Positions 35,722 to 47,491 of a stretch of DNA of 64,000 nt are shown piece by piece. How positions within the stretch are numbered: position 1 is the first letter of the stretch; the number at the start of each line of letters is the position of its first letter. The stretch lies in the NCBI GenBank assembly GCA_030295235.1, contig AP026128.1, forward strand, positions 496,001 through 560,000, read 5' to 3'. Below the pieces are notes generated by a model. The model did no database searches. It worked only from the letters and a program-made list of their open reading frames with translations, and was not told the DNA's origin. Source of the stretch: Fistulifera solaris. Taxonomy: Eukaryota. The position numbers and the translations under genes were made by a program.

Positions 35722-36935
35722 ATGAAGCTCGCTCTCCCTCTTTCCATCTTGGCGGGTCTCGTCTCCATGACACAGGCTCGTCTCAACATGGCTACTACCG
35801 TGCAACAACAGGAAGCCGAAATGGTGACGGAACTCGGCCGCAAGAAGAAGAAGAGTCAAGCAACCGGCTGGCACAACCTCATCCACGTAACGTTCAAGAT
35901 GGACCACTTCAAGTCGTTCGACGAGCCGGGCGAGTTCAACAAGAAGGTGGCCGTCGGAGCTTTCAATCGTGCGTTCGAACAAGCCTTTGAGGGCATTGCC
36001 ATGGATTGGGATTTCATTGACAGTCTCATCCAAATCCCGGAACCGGAGTACCTCAGCAGCGGAGATCTCTCGTACCCCCGCCCTCGCCCGGGACGCCAAG
36101 TTCCAAAGCCGAAGAAAGATCCGCGACACACCAACACCTGGACCATTTACTACGGAAGCATTCATGGAGATGCAACTTGTCGACTTTGCCCGAACGATTT
36201 TCTGGGAAGCGGAGCGAGCGGTGAGAGCTTCTCGAACTTTCTCAAAGACCAAGCCAAATGGGATGATGTTGGCAAGTTGTTTTGCGCGGAACTCAAAGGG
36301 ACGGGCATTGATAATTTCGAAGATGTCAAGAACTGTGCCTTCACAGTCGGGTATGTTGGTGAGAACGAGATTGAGTTGATGGAGTCCGCCACCACTGCGG
36401 CTCTCGCGTCGGACGTTTTGACGGAGGTATCGGGACACACCAACGCCATCGTCACCACGTATAGCATTCAACCATCCGCCGTCCTGGACATGGAGGCTCT
36501 CGAAAAGGCATTCACTGTCGCCTACAACAATGTCTTTGAGGATACCGACTTTGTGGTGGAGGGAGTTCAGCTTTGCGTCAGGTTGTCGCGGACGAAATGG
36601 CGGTGGGTCAGAGTAGTGTGCGTGCTCATGGCAATGAGATCGCGGTCTTTAATGAAGCGGACGAAGCAGGTGACGACGGGGACGCTGATACCGAAGACGC
36701 CGACGAAGATGTCGATTTCCTCACCACCATGTATTGGTTGCAAGTTAACTGGACCTGCAAGGGATCGACATGCAGCGCGGACGACATGTTGCCTGGAGCT
36801 TTTTTGCAGAATACGCCCGGTATCAGCCGTCACACCATCTTGGAATCGTACTTCTGCCATAACTTGCGCGAATTTGGTGATGCCTCTTTGACGGACGTCG
36901 ACGGATGTGACATTATGTTTCTTGCCGGCATGTAA
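35722..36935 (+). CDS. Secreted protein with two Cys-containing repeats (CRLCPND / CSTCSADD type); frameshift ~36572
   Basis: Signal peptide MKLALPLSILAGLVSMTQA; two modules each with AFxxA(F/Y), CxxCxxD and FCxxLxxxGxxxxxDVxxC. Confidence 0.7.
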
Positions 36936-37155
36936 GTCGGCTTTGATTCTAAAGGGTGGTCTCGTAGACCTCAGTCGTTGAACGCTGAGCTCTTGTACGG
37001 CGAGATCTCAATATATATTACATGATGGAAAGGAGATACGTAGTTTATAGCTGTATCTTGTTATAATAAAACAATTATCTCTCCAAACGTTTGTTGCAGC
37101 GCAGCAGTCTGGCTCTATCGCATCGCGGTCGCAGACGAGGTCGCAGAAGAAAAAT

Positions 37156-37405
37156 GATTCATGACTCAGTTGCAGTCGTCTTGAGATACGGACAACACTT
37201 TAGACAGACACACGCTTCACAAGTTTCATCTACGTTACTAGAGATGAATTGAAAAAGCTGCCTACATAATTAGATCGACATAAATACCAAGAAAGTAGGA
37301 AGCTCGACAAGCTTGCAGAACGAATGAGGGTTAGGTAGCCGTCGGACTCGGAAGAATATTAGTTCATGACTCAATTGCAGTCGTGGCAAAAGTCGAATAC
37401 ACTTT
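37156..37405 (-). repeat. Pair of conserved core elements (37156-37201 and 37361-37405)
   Basis: gattcatgactcagttgcagtcgtc...caacacttt and agttcatgactcaattgcagtcgtgg...tacactttt, 205 bp apart. Confidence 0.8.
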
Positions 37406-37620
37406 TAAATGTTGTACTCCGTAGTTATTATTGATGGCCAAAACCTCGTCGCGATCGGGAGACTTCCGTTCCGTTAGGTCTCCGATCAGGGTGAAGGGTG
37501 AACCTCTTCCGATAGCTCTCCCGTTAAGGGAGACGTTACCTGACTACATTAAACATTAGAGTAGAGCACTCGCAATTGGATGTGGTACTAACTACTTAGA
37601 GGCCTTCCATCCTTCATTAG

Positions 37621-38773
37621 CAGGCCACTTTATACTACTACATTGTAGTACTGCAGTACCGTAACTTAAAATACTACACTTTTGAGACCTTAAAATACTC
37701 AAAGTATTACAAAGATCAACGGACACGGCATGTACATAAAATCCCATACTAGAGCGCCGGCCAGCTTTATCCTCTCGCCAATTCTTGCGCAACAAAAAAT
37801 TATTATCGTTCTTATCCCTTTTGTATTTCTTTGCAAATTTTTGATCAACAACAAGAGATAGCACGGTTTCAAGCCGCGTTCCCATTATTATTTGACGTGA
37901 AGAAACTGCTTGATACGAAATGGAGTGGAAGGATTGATGGCTTTGCCGTCGGATCGTCGATTTGACCGGCGCCAAAATGCCGTCGGGGAGCTGTCGTTGC
38001 TCGTTTTTTGGATATAGAACTGCTGAAAGAATTGGTTCAGGCCGCGTTTCGATTCATAGTTGACATGAAGATGTTGCTGGAAGCGGAATGAAGTCGAAGA
38101 ATTGATGGCTTTGCCGTCGGATCGTCGATTTGACCGGCGCCAAAATGCCGTCGGGGAGCTGTCGTTGCTCGTTTTTTGGATATAGAACTACCGAAAGAAT
38201 TGATTCAGGCCGCTTTTCCAATTATAGTTGACATGTAGATGTTGTTTGAAGCAAAACGAAGTCGAAAGATTGATGGCGTTGCTGTCGGAGAGTCGATTTG
38301 ACCGCCGCCAAAATGTAAGTGCGCTTGGGCTTCTTGGGAGACGGGCTTCCTGCAGGCTCGTTTTCGGCACTTCGCTTTGCTGGTCGAGGCATTGCACCAG
38401 GAACTGGATGTTAGATGGTGCAAGAGAAAAGAAGTAGAGCAATAAGGAAACAAGGAAACCCTGGACTTGCAAGAGTAAAGCGAGAAATGAAACATTTTCG
38501 TCGGCGTTTTCCCCAGGCTCCAGGGCATTCACCTTCCTGCAGCTTCCCACCACTGCATCAAACAAGACTTTTAATGAAAAAATGTCAAATAAGCCGTTAC
38601 TAGGGCGCAAAATGATTAATTTAGGGCAAAATGAGTGAGCTAGAAACGTGACGTTGCCCTTTCACATTGAATTATCCCTAACCATACTACATACTTAAAA
38701 TACTACAACTTTGGCTGACAAAGTACTACTTCTACTACAAAATGCTACTGACGTAGTAGTATAAAGTGGCCTG
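37621..38773. mobile_element. Non-autonomous hAT-superfamily DNA transposon (MITE-like), 1153 bp
   Basis: Perfect 21-bp TIRs CAGGCCACTTTATACTACTAC (37621-37641 / 38753-38773); exact 8-bp TSD TTCATTAG (37613-37620, 38774-38781); subterminal TACTAC repeats; no transposase ORF. Confidence 0.92.
37934..38315. repeat. 168-bp tandem repeat (~2.3 copies) inside the hAT element
   Basis: ttgatggc...gtcgatttgaccg.cgccaaaatg starts at 37934, 38102 and 38270. Confidence 0.9.
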
Positions 38774-39124
38774 TTCATTAGTTCTACTTAGGTCACGCAC
38801 AATAACCGCACAATCATTCGCGTTGTGCGTTTGTTCGTTTGTTCCGTTCCGTTCCGACTGCCGACAAGATGATCAGAACGCTGCATTCCTTATTATCATA
38901 CTTGCCCTTCCGTCTTTTACAACATTAACATGTCGATAATTGAAACGAAGGAGCGACGATCATTCGTCACGATTATGCAAAAATATGGGGCTAAAACGGC
39001 TGTACGGAGTATTTTTTCTAGGATATGGAACAAACGATAATAACAGCAAATTGTTATAGACTAATAATCGACGAGAAAAGCAGTGGTGATAAAAAGAAGA
39101 GATACACTGATATTCCCCTTTATT

Positions 39125-39990
39125 CAACTAGACATCCAAATCGGAACAACGCGACTCGATTATTTACAGTCCCGAGAAGAAACTTTTGCAATTTATTTTC
39201 AACCAACCAGGACGTCCTCTAGGAACCGTTTACGACAGGAACTTCTGCACAAAAGTGAAAATACATATAAGTATAAAGGTAGCGGTGTTGATGTTTCTGG
39301 TGATTTATCATGAAATGAGTCTCGTGAAATGTTTTTCTTCGAAGATTTCAAAATTTACTATGACATGGACTGTTGGTTTACGACAAACGCGACTCCATTA
39401 TTTACAGTCCCGAGACGAAACTCTTGCAATGATTTCCAACAACGTCCTAGGGACCGTTTACGACAAAAACTTCTTCACAAAAGTGAAAATATAAGTATAA
39501 AGGTAGCGATGTTGATGTTTCTGGTGATTTATCATGAAATGAGTCTCGTGAAATGTCTTTCGTCGAAGATTTCAAAATCTACTATGACATGGACTGTTGG
39601 TTTACGACAAACGCGACTCCATTATTTACAGTCCCGAGACGAAACGGTTGCAATTATTTCCAACCAACCAGGACGTCCTAGGCGTTATTGCTCTTTGGTC
39701 CTAGGGACCGTTTACGACAGAAACTTCTGCACAAAAGTGAAAATATTAGTATAAAGGGAGCGGTGTTGATGTTTCTGGTGATTTATCATGAAATGAGTCT
39801 CGTGAAATGTCTTTCTTCGAAGATATCAAAATTTACTATGACATGGACTGTTGGTTTACGACAAACGCGACTCCATTATTTACAGTCCCGAGACGAAACG
39901 GTTGCAATTATTTCCAACCACCAGGACATCAGAGGCAGCGTTTATTACGCTTTCGACCGAACATTCTGCACGAAAGTCAACATATAAGCA
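39125..39990. repeat. Tandem repeat, ~224-254 bp unit, ~3.5 copies
   Basis: acgcgactc(c/g)attatttacagtcccgaga at 39149, 39387, 39611 and 39865, with near-identical flanking blocks. Confidence 0.95.
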
Positions 39991-40249
39991 GAAAGGTATT
40001 GGTTGTGCCCATTTTTCATTTGTACTAATGACTAATGACCAAGCTAACTAAAAAAGTAGCGTAGGGGGGATGGGGGATGCGTCTTGCATTCTGTACGACG
40101 AAAGCTCAAATTTCCGCCGAATAAAATGCGCTCGATTTTATTTCGCACCTTTCTTTCCCATGCACATCTGCTTTTCGCAAGCCGACTATGATCTCATTCA
40201 ACTGCTGCTGTCTGTTGAATTAACATAACAAGTAGAACAACAAGCGACC

Positions 40250-41320
40250 ATGGCATCCTCTACGACAACGATGATTACTACCGAAGATTTGCCGGCGCTG
40301 TTTCACGATGTAACACCGATTCCGCAAGACGAAGGACCGCACATTGTGTGTCGCATTGATTATCCGCCGGAGTTTACGATCGCGTACGATTATTTCCGTG
40401 CCCTGTCCGCCAAGGACGAATGGTCCGAACGTGCCCTCCAATTAACGACTTTGTGTTTGCAATTCAATCCGGCGAATTATACGGTGTGGCATTTTCGAAG
40501 AAAATGTATGTGGGCGTTGTTGATGAAGGAGGACAAGAGCATAGATCTCGAGGCGTTTCTGGTGAACGATTTGACGCTGGCGGCCGCTCTGGGAGGCGAA
40601 AATCCCAAAAACTATCAAATTTGGTATCATCGGCGAGCCATTTTGGAATATGTTGAACAACAGACGAACAAAGAATTATTTTACACATTCTGTCGCCGCG
40701 AACTCGATTATACAGCAGAAGTCTTTCAGGAGGATTCCAAGAACTATCATGCCTGGTGCTTTCGGCAATGGATATTGCAAACGATGAAAGCTCCTGCAAT
40801 TTGGCAAGAAGAGATGGACTTTTCGCACCAAATGATTATGGACGGGGATGTCCGCAACAATTCGGCTTGGAATCAAAGATGGCTGGCCGCACATCGAGGT
40901 CAACTGACCACCCCTCTGGCACTCGAGACGGCACAAAGTGAAGCCGACTATGCGTTGCAAGGTGCTCGAATCGATCCGTACAATGAATGTCCTTGGCGTT
41001 ACTTGATTGCCATTCTTAAGGAACAGTGTCGTAGTAGTACAATGGAGGAAGATAAAAGAACATGGTTGCTGCAACACTACTTGGACCATGCCGAGCTGGT
41101 CAAAGAGGTGCTAAAAGAAGCGGATAAGGATCCGGAGGCGTGTCCCAATCTATCTGCTGCTTTGGTAGATATTTTGGAAATGAAAGGGGATACTGAAGCG
41201 TTGACACATGCGAAGCAATTAATGCACTATCTTGAACATGATATTGACCCGATTCGTGCGAGGTACTGGGCGTTTCGATCCAAGACTATTGAACAAGCGC
41301 TCTCTTTGAAATCCGATTGA
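40250..41320 (+). CDS. FNTA: Protein farnesyltransferase/geranylgeranyltransferase-I alpha subunit
   Basis: DVTPIPQDEGP, NPANYTVWHFRR, NPKNYQIWYHRR, DSKNYHAW, DVRNNSAWNQR, DPIRARYW prenyltransferase repeats. Confidence 0.95.
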   Translation: MASSTTTMITTEDLPALFHDVTPIPQDEGPHIVCRIDYPPEFTIAYDYFRALSAKDEWSERALQLTTLCLQFNPANYTVWHFRRKCMWALLMKEDKSIDLEAFLVNDLTLAAALGGENPKNYQIWYHRRAILEYVEQQTNKELFYTFCRRELDYTAEVFQEDSKNYHAWCFRQWILQTMKAPAIWQEEMDFSHQMIMDGDVRNNSAWNQRWLAAHRGQLTTPLALETAQSEADYALQGARIDPYNECPWRYLIAILKEQCRSSTMEEDKRTWLLQHYLDHAELVKEVLKEADKDPEACPNLSAALVDILEMKGDTEALTHAKQLMHYLEHDIDPIRARYWAFRSKTIEQALSLKSD

Positions 41321-41356
41321 AAGGAAATTAATGAACATCTTAGAAAAATACAGCGT

Positions 41357-42216
41357 CTAGTCCTTGTTTTCAGTTTCTGACTGCTGCTGCAGCAAATGAT
41401 CGCGGAGAAATCGATGCATCGTCCGACAGCCGTCTCGACACAAGTCAATGGCTTGATTCGTTTGCGCGGGCGATAGTCTGCCGGACTGTTCTAACAAGCT
41501 GACTTCCTTCCAATTTGGTAATAAGGCCAAAGTCACGACGGCATCTGCCGATTCTTCCTCGTCCAAATCCGGATCCGCCAACAAGACACCATTTTGAAGC
41601 GCAACTTGACACGAAGTCACTAGATCATACAATTCAACACAAGCGCGCGTCAAAGCGACCGAAGCGGCAGCAATGCAAGCCGGCAAAACACTCCCATCAT
41701 CTTGCAATACCGTGACTTGTACCCGAATACAGCACTTGGGGTACTGCTGCAACGGCACCGCCGCTTGTAATGCGGACAAGAGCCGCGCGGACAAATCGCT
41801 CTCCGACTCAATCGCCATGTGTTGATCCGAGAAGAAGAAAATTGTTGGTGTGATTGATCGAGTGGAGTCGCCGATGCATTCAATATACGTGCTATGGGGT
41901 AGCTGGCGTGGGGCAAGAAATTGACTTGACAGTACAATGTTCCTTCGTCCATACTCAATTGTACCGAGGAAGGCAAAAGTGAGGATGATGCGTAAACAGG
42001 ACTAGTCACTTGGCAAATGACTTTGGTGTGACCCATTTCCACCAAAGCCGAACCTGACTGCGATAGCTGCGAATCGATGTGAATCCGACGGAGCGAGTGA
42101 CTCGCACGAGTTGTTTTGCCATCGCCACTTTGTCTCTCTTTCGTCCCGCCTTCCTGTGACGATGGTAGATTGAGAGGAAAGTAGCAATTTGATAATTTAA
42201 AAGCTGGTTTCGTCAT
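41357..42216 (-). CDS. RNA exosome RNase PH-like subunit (MTR3/RRP41 group); frameshift ~41820
   Basis: GSALVEMGHTKVICQV; YPKCCIRVQVTVLQDDGS; VELYDLVTSC; LADPDLDEE. Confidence 0.85.
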
Positions 42217-42705
42217 CTTTGTCTATTAAAGATGTCGCCGACTGCGAAAAAATAGCAAAGCATCTTAATAACGAAGACTTTTTCGTGGTGCGTCTCGTCG
42301 CGGTGGAAGATCAGACGCTCGAATTCGTGATCGGACTGAGTTCTTGAAGGGTAAAAATTCGAAGAAAGAAACGTCCGTTGAAAGGACGTTGAGGCACGCG
42401 GACGAGTTTTATTCTGATAGTAGAAATATACTATAATGATACTTAGACTGTTTTGTCACAAAACTAAAGGTACATAGTAATGTCACCTCTATAGTGTGTC
42501 ACAAGTCCGCTAAGTAGTTTCGCCAACGGCCGACTGGCTTTCGCTGGAACGGAAAACGGATTGCAAAAAACCAACGAATGGAAAACCATCACTTATTGAA
42601 ATATTGGAGTTCGAAAAATGCCGAACGTATCGAGAGCATTCTCGTGAACCTTCTGTTTATAACTTTATTTGTTTGTGATTGTCTTGTTGCTGGAGTTGGT
42701 AAAAG

Positions 42706-43320
42706 ATGAACTTGTTCCGGGGGCGTCCACGATTGGAGTACGGAGAAGTTGATCGTACCCATGTTGTGGCCGATGATAGTTCGATCGGAAGTAACCTTGA
42801 AACGAAAGACCAGTTTTTCATCCGAATTCGACCCAAGCGCTATTTCCGCAGTGATGCCAGCACCGTTTCATCGATAACATATCATGACGGTTCGGGTTAT
42901 GCAGAGTCGGCATGGTGTTGTCACACCAGTAGGTGTATACCAGAACCGAGAACTAAGTCGACCAAAATAATCGCACGGAAAGATCACAAGAAAGAATGCA
43001 ACGAATGCTACAACTGCAATACATGTCGAACGGCTAATAAGATAACTACAGATGGCGATAATCTAGTTGCGAATGGGTCGACGGAGAGAAGGAAGACAAA
43101 AGAGAATGACTCCGACACAGTTCCGACCCGAGAGACTGCTTCGCTGTTCGACAATTTGTCCTCGACGAGTGAGGATGACGACGATGAGGTACAGCGTATT
43201 CGGGGTGCACCCAGTCGCAGGCGTAAATGGCGACTGATTAGCAATATTTCTGGCAAGAAAAAGAATCGCAGGAAATCAGAAGTGGCGCATAATGGAATTC
43301 AGACAGAGATTCTTTCCTAG
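42706..43320 (+). CDS. Hypothetical low-complexity protein
   Basis: 204-aa ATG ORF with DASTVSSITY motif and acidic/basic tracts; no domain recognised. Confidence 0.5.
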   Translation: MNLFRGRPRLEYGEVDRTHVVADDSSIGSNLETKDQFFIRIRPKRYFRSDASTVSSITYHDGSGYAESAWCCHTSRCIPEPRTKSTKIIARKDHKKECNECYNCNTCRTANKITTDGDNLVANGSTERRKTKENDSDTVPTRETASLFDNLSSTSEDDDDEVQRIRGAPSRRRKWRLISNISGKKKNRRKSEVAHNGIQTEILS

Positions 43321-44201
43321 AACCTCAACATGTCGCGCTATCGCGCTGTAGGTTTATGGAATTGCTACAAAAATAACTTTAGTTCACTTTTTTATCAATC
43401 TGCTATAGCTAAAATAGCTCGACTTGCTCAGTGCCATCTGCCTCAATTTAAGTCGGTTAACATAATGGGCACTGTACAAACCAGAAGTGTCAGCTATTGA
43501 ATGATGCTAAAAAGCATGGTACTAGAGACCACATAGGTTATTTGATGACGGAGTCTTGGATGTGATAAACATGTGGTTTTTTGTGTATTCGTGATGAGAT
43601 AATGCATGCGGTTCGGACACATCCCAACATTCCGAGAGTTCATCTCTCTGCCAAAGCTTCAATTTTTCTGTAAACAGAGAAGCTGTAAAGTGTTTACATT
43701 TCATAGGTCTAAAGAACTCCGATGTTAAAACTTGACTGCCTAGTTCCACTGATGTTATCGAGTACAGGAGATTGTAGGATGACTTACTCTCTTGACACCC
43801 ACAGATGTCCTCCGTTTGAGCAAAATGAAAATTTACACTAACTCAAGCAATGTTTAAAGGGAACTATAGTCGGAAGGAAGGACTTAGGAATCGGCCGAGA
43901 CCCTCCTTAGGACTCGTGACTGTTCAGTAATGATTAAAAACTACCGTGATTCAAAAAGCCTGGTTTTTGGCCTTTTGTAGGCCATATTTTTTTAGCATTG
44001 CAATCAACGCAAAAAAAGCACGTGACGAACACAAGCAAACAAGTAAATACAGGTTAAGATAAATAATCAAAGAGTCATGGCAACAGAGCAGAGTTACCCT
44101 GGAGATGAAAACAAATATTCAGTTTCTTGCTCCGTATCTGGATCGTATGATAGGGGAGCAGCGTTCATTTCAGTCGGGCCTGGTAAGGTGACAAGAACAT
44201 A

Positions 44202-45758
44202 ATGACAACACTTGTGGAAGGTGATGATGATGGGGTCGAAATGAAAGCACTCGTCACATCATCTGACGATCCTCTCCATAAAAATGAGCCATTTGCGACG
44301 TTAAACAACAATATACTATCACAGGCTCGCAACTTACTATATGTATCACATTTCTTCGCACAATTTTCCGAAGTATCTTGGCAGTTTTCGGTCTCCATTT
44401 TTCTGTCTGCCTGCACCCATTATCAGTCACTCATTTTGGTGTCTTCCTACGGCATTGCCCTCAACTTGAGTGTCTGTGTAACTGCTGCTTCTCTCGGAGA
44501 CTGGATCGATCGAACCGACCGGTTGCAGGTGGCTCGACGTCTGATTGTTTTTGAGAATCTCGCCGTCTTTGTGGGCACGCTCTCATGCTGGTTCCTTCTC
44601 TCGTCGATATCATCAGAAAATGAATCTTCTGCTTCTCCAAATATGGATGAAAGCTCCATGGTATCATCACAACAACGTTTTTCCGAAGTACCTCGCAGCC
44701 TACAGGCTATAGTTTCATTGCTAGGTATTCACGTATTTGGATCTTTGGCGCAACTATTGGATCGGGCATTTCTCGTGGCGATCGAGCGCGATTGGGTGGT
44801 GGTGCTCAGTCAAGCCGCAGGGGAAGAGCATTTTCAGCGATTTCTTTCGGATACGAACGTGACAATGAAACAAATCGATCTCAGCTGCAAGGTAGTGGCC
44901 CCAGGGATAGCTGGCCTGTTAATTTCCATGATCGGGAACTTGAAGTGGGCTTGCCTTGTCGTGGGCGGCATCAACTTGGCGGCCTTGTTCGTCGAGTACA
45001 GTTGTACTACAAAAGTCTACGCCTTGATTCCAGCTCTCTCGTTTCCAAAACACGACTTGGAACCGCAACATGAAACGGATGAATCGTGCGTCGTCGAGGA
45101 GAATACAGGAAGCCCTTCGCTGACAAACATCACGTGTCCTCTATGGCTGCCTTACAACCTTCGCATCTATCTCGAACAACCAAGCTCACCGGGAGGAATA
45201 GGGCTAGCATTTTTATATGCGAACGCATTGACCTTCGGAAACGGTATTATGACCTCTTATCTGCTCTATCGTGGCATGCCCATGGATGTGGTTGGTATTC
45301 TTCGCGGTATCGCATCGGCAATTGGTTTGCTGGGTACAGTGGTTTACTCTTATTCGGTTGTTTTCTTGAGTTTGGAGGCGACTGCGTGTTGGAGTGTTAC
45401 TTTTCAATGCGCTTGTTTAGCTGTGGCATTGGTGTCCGTGTCTCTTGTATCGAGTGATAAGAGTGCAGAAGCCATGCTTGTCAGTAGCGTCAGCTTGAGC
45501 CGTATCGGCTTATGGGTGTTTGATATCGCAGTAACGCAAATGCAGCAACAGGAAATACCGGAGCATATCCGCGGGTTGGTGGGCGGAGTACAACATGCAA
45601 TGAATGCGTTCTTTACCATTCTTTCCTTTGCTTTGGGCTTTGTCTTTCCAGACCCTCGCCAATTTCAGTATTTCGTCTTATGTGGATTTACTAGCGTCTT
45701 CTTCGCCGCGGTGCTGTTCACGTTTGGAATGTATATCCCTCGACGAGGTTTGCACTAG
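44202..45758 (+). CDS. FPN1: Ferroportin (SLC40/IREG) iron/metal exporter
   Basis: LYVSHF...WQF, GDWID, AIERDWVVVL, MKQIDLSCKVVAP, SRIGLWVFDIAVTQMQQ, GGVQ. True start may be the ATG at 44077 via a frameshift. Confidence 0.92.
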   Translation: MTTLVEGDDDGVEMKALVTSSDDPLHKNEPFATLNNNILSQARNLLYVSHFFAQFSEVSWQFSVSIFLSACTHYQSLILVSSYGIALNLSVCVTAASLGDWIDRTDRLQVARRLIVFENLAVFVGTLSCWFLLSSISSENESSASPNMDESSMVSSQQRFSEVPRSLQAIVSLLGIHVFGSLAQLLDRAFLVAIERDWVVVLSQAAGEEHFQRFLSDTNVTMKQIDLSCKVVAPGIAGLLISMIGNLKWACLVVGGINLAALFVEYSCTTKVYALIPALSFPKHDLEPQHETDESCVVEENTGSPSLTNITCPLWLPYNLRIYLEQPSSPGGIGLAFLYANALTFGNGIMTSYLLYRGMPMDVVGILRGIASAIGLLGTVVYSYSVVFLSLEATACWSVTFQCACLAVALVSVSLVSSDKSAEAMLVSSVSLSRIGLWVFDIAVTQMQQQEIPEHIRGLVGGVQHAMNAFFTILSFALGFVFPDPRQFQYFVLCGFTSVFFAAVLFTFGMYIPRRGLH

Positions 45759-45885
45759 AGGGTGAAATAGAACACCATTGTGATTTTAAAAATGCTACTA
45801 TTACTTATACTTTTAAATTGCTATTGATAACCGAACCGAGGTGCCTTTTCCGAATACTTGTACAAATGCCAAACTGTATGTCTAT

Positions 45886-47491
45886 TTACTTTGTCATGTC
45901 CGGCCATACCATAGGTTGACGCAACTCATCCATGGCGGCAAAGTGACGGTGCGGGTTTTCCAAATAATCACCCACTTCGTACCACCACGGCCGGTCCACC
46001 TTGGGTTTGCTCGGATTCAAGACCTTGGCGGTTTGGTCACTCGGTCGAACCGTATCACGGGCCGCGACCGGCTCCACACCGAGCAGTTGCGAGATTTTGG
46101 TACTGGCGAGAATGCCACGGAAGGAGTTGGCCGGTGGTTGTTGTACAGATTCATTTTCGGCAAAGCAGCCACGATTTTGGATGCGACAGAATTGATCTGG
46201 GTTCATTCCAGCATTTTTGGCAATTTCGTATACTTTCTTCATGCTTTCCTCGGAAAGTTCGGGCGTCCGACTGTAAATGAATGCGCCCTCGTAGGTGTTT
46301 TGACGGGTCTTTCCATTGTAATAGATGAATTTGAATTCTTCATCTTGACCTAGCTCATTCTCACCAATCACATACCAGTTTTCCCAGAATTCTGTATCAA
46401 ACAAGAATAGCGTCAGAAGGATGCGACACATCGTAATCAATTCCCCTCGTTGAAAAACACTTACTGAGACCAAACATCTCTCCCTCTGAATGCGCCGTAC
46501 GTGCATAACTTTGTTCTTGATCCGTACCGGCGTTGACCACATACCGTTGAGCCGACGAAGGAACATCAAAGACCATAGTCTCATGCGTATTGTACGCATT
46601 CAATCCAATGGACTGACTGGTCGATACACCTTTGAACACGACTGATTCGCGGGTATTCGTCGGTGGCGGCGGCGCTCCGTCGGGGAGTAAATGCGGCATA
46701 CTGAATTCCACATCCATGTGCAACTGACTCACGACCGAAGACGGCCGCTGGAACCACACGTCATTGTCGTTGCTGGGACGACGAAAGGAATTGCGTTGAC
46801 AGGCGTAGCAGTCGTAATTGGGATTGTAACCAATGACTTTGTACCAGGAACCTTCCAGTGTCCGCGGATCGAAATTGAGAACGGTAGGAGCCGGTGCGGG
46901 CGGTTCGTTGCCGTACGCATCGCCTCCACCGGGCAATATCGCCACTTTGATGCATTCGTGATCTTCAATGGTACATTTCAAAAGATTGTCGAGGTTTTGG
47001 TTTCCGTAGCGTGCCATGCATCCAGTAATACAAGCATTGTCTCCGAGACATTTAGCGGTACAAGTCAATCCCTTTCGGCAATCGGCATCATCTACTAAAC
47101 AAGCGGTAGTTTGTGCACTGCACTGATTGACGAGACACGTTTGATCGACTAAACTGGTATCGAGTCCACTGCCGTATTTCGCAGACAATTCATTTTCTGC
47201 CAGTGATCCTTGTGGCGATCCCAGTAATAGTGATAACGAAAGAAAGCCAGCAGCCGCTAGACTCGCCCAATGGTGGGTGGGGTGTTCATTCTGTTGTTGT
47301 TGTTGTGGGCGATGTAGTTGTAATGCACTCGCGGATGATTGAGTGAATGCTAAGGATTGCTGCGGCAGCGACGGTGTAAAAGCATGACAGGAACATGCTA
47401 CTAGTAGAAGGATTGAAGAGACTCGGCGTTTTCGCGATGCATTATTGTGTGTTCTGGGGGATAAAGAGGACGATTTGCTGATTGCGACCAT
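45886..47491 (-). CDS. VDL2: Violaxanthin de-epoxidase-like protein 2; intron 46464-46392
   Basis: Tripartite presequence (…SCHA-F, hydrophobic lumen signal …SLA-ENEL); Cys-rich domain (CTAKCLGDNACITGCMARYG); lipocalin domain (GSWYKVIGYNPNYDCYACQ, MFGL/KFWENWYVIG, YEGAFIYSR); adjacent to ZEP1. Confidence 0.88.

Noticed and set aside
35641..36471. 276-aa antisense ORF
   Set aside because: Opposite a signal-peptide-bearing gene with biased codon use; no independent support.
39186..40051. Short ORFs with repeated peptides
   Set aside because: Translations of the tandem repeat; unit lengths are not multiples of three.
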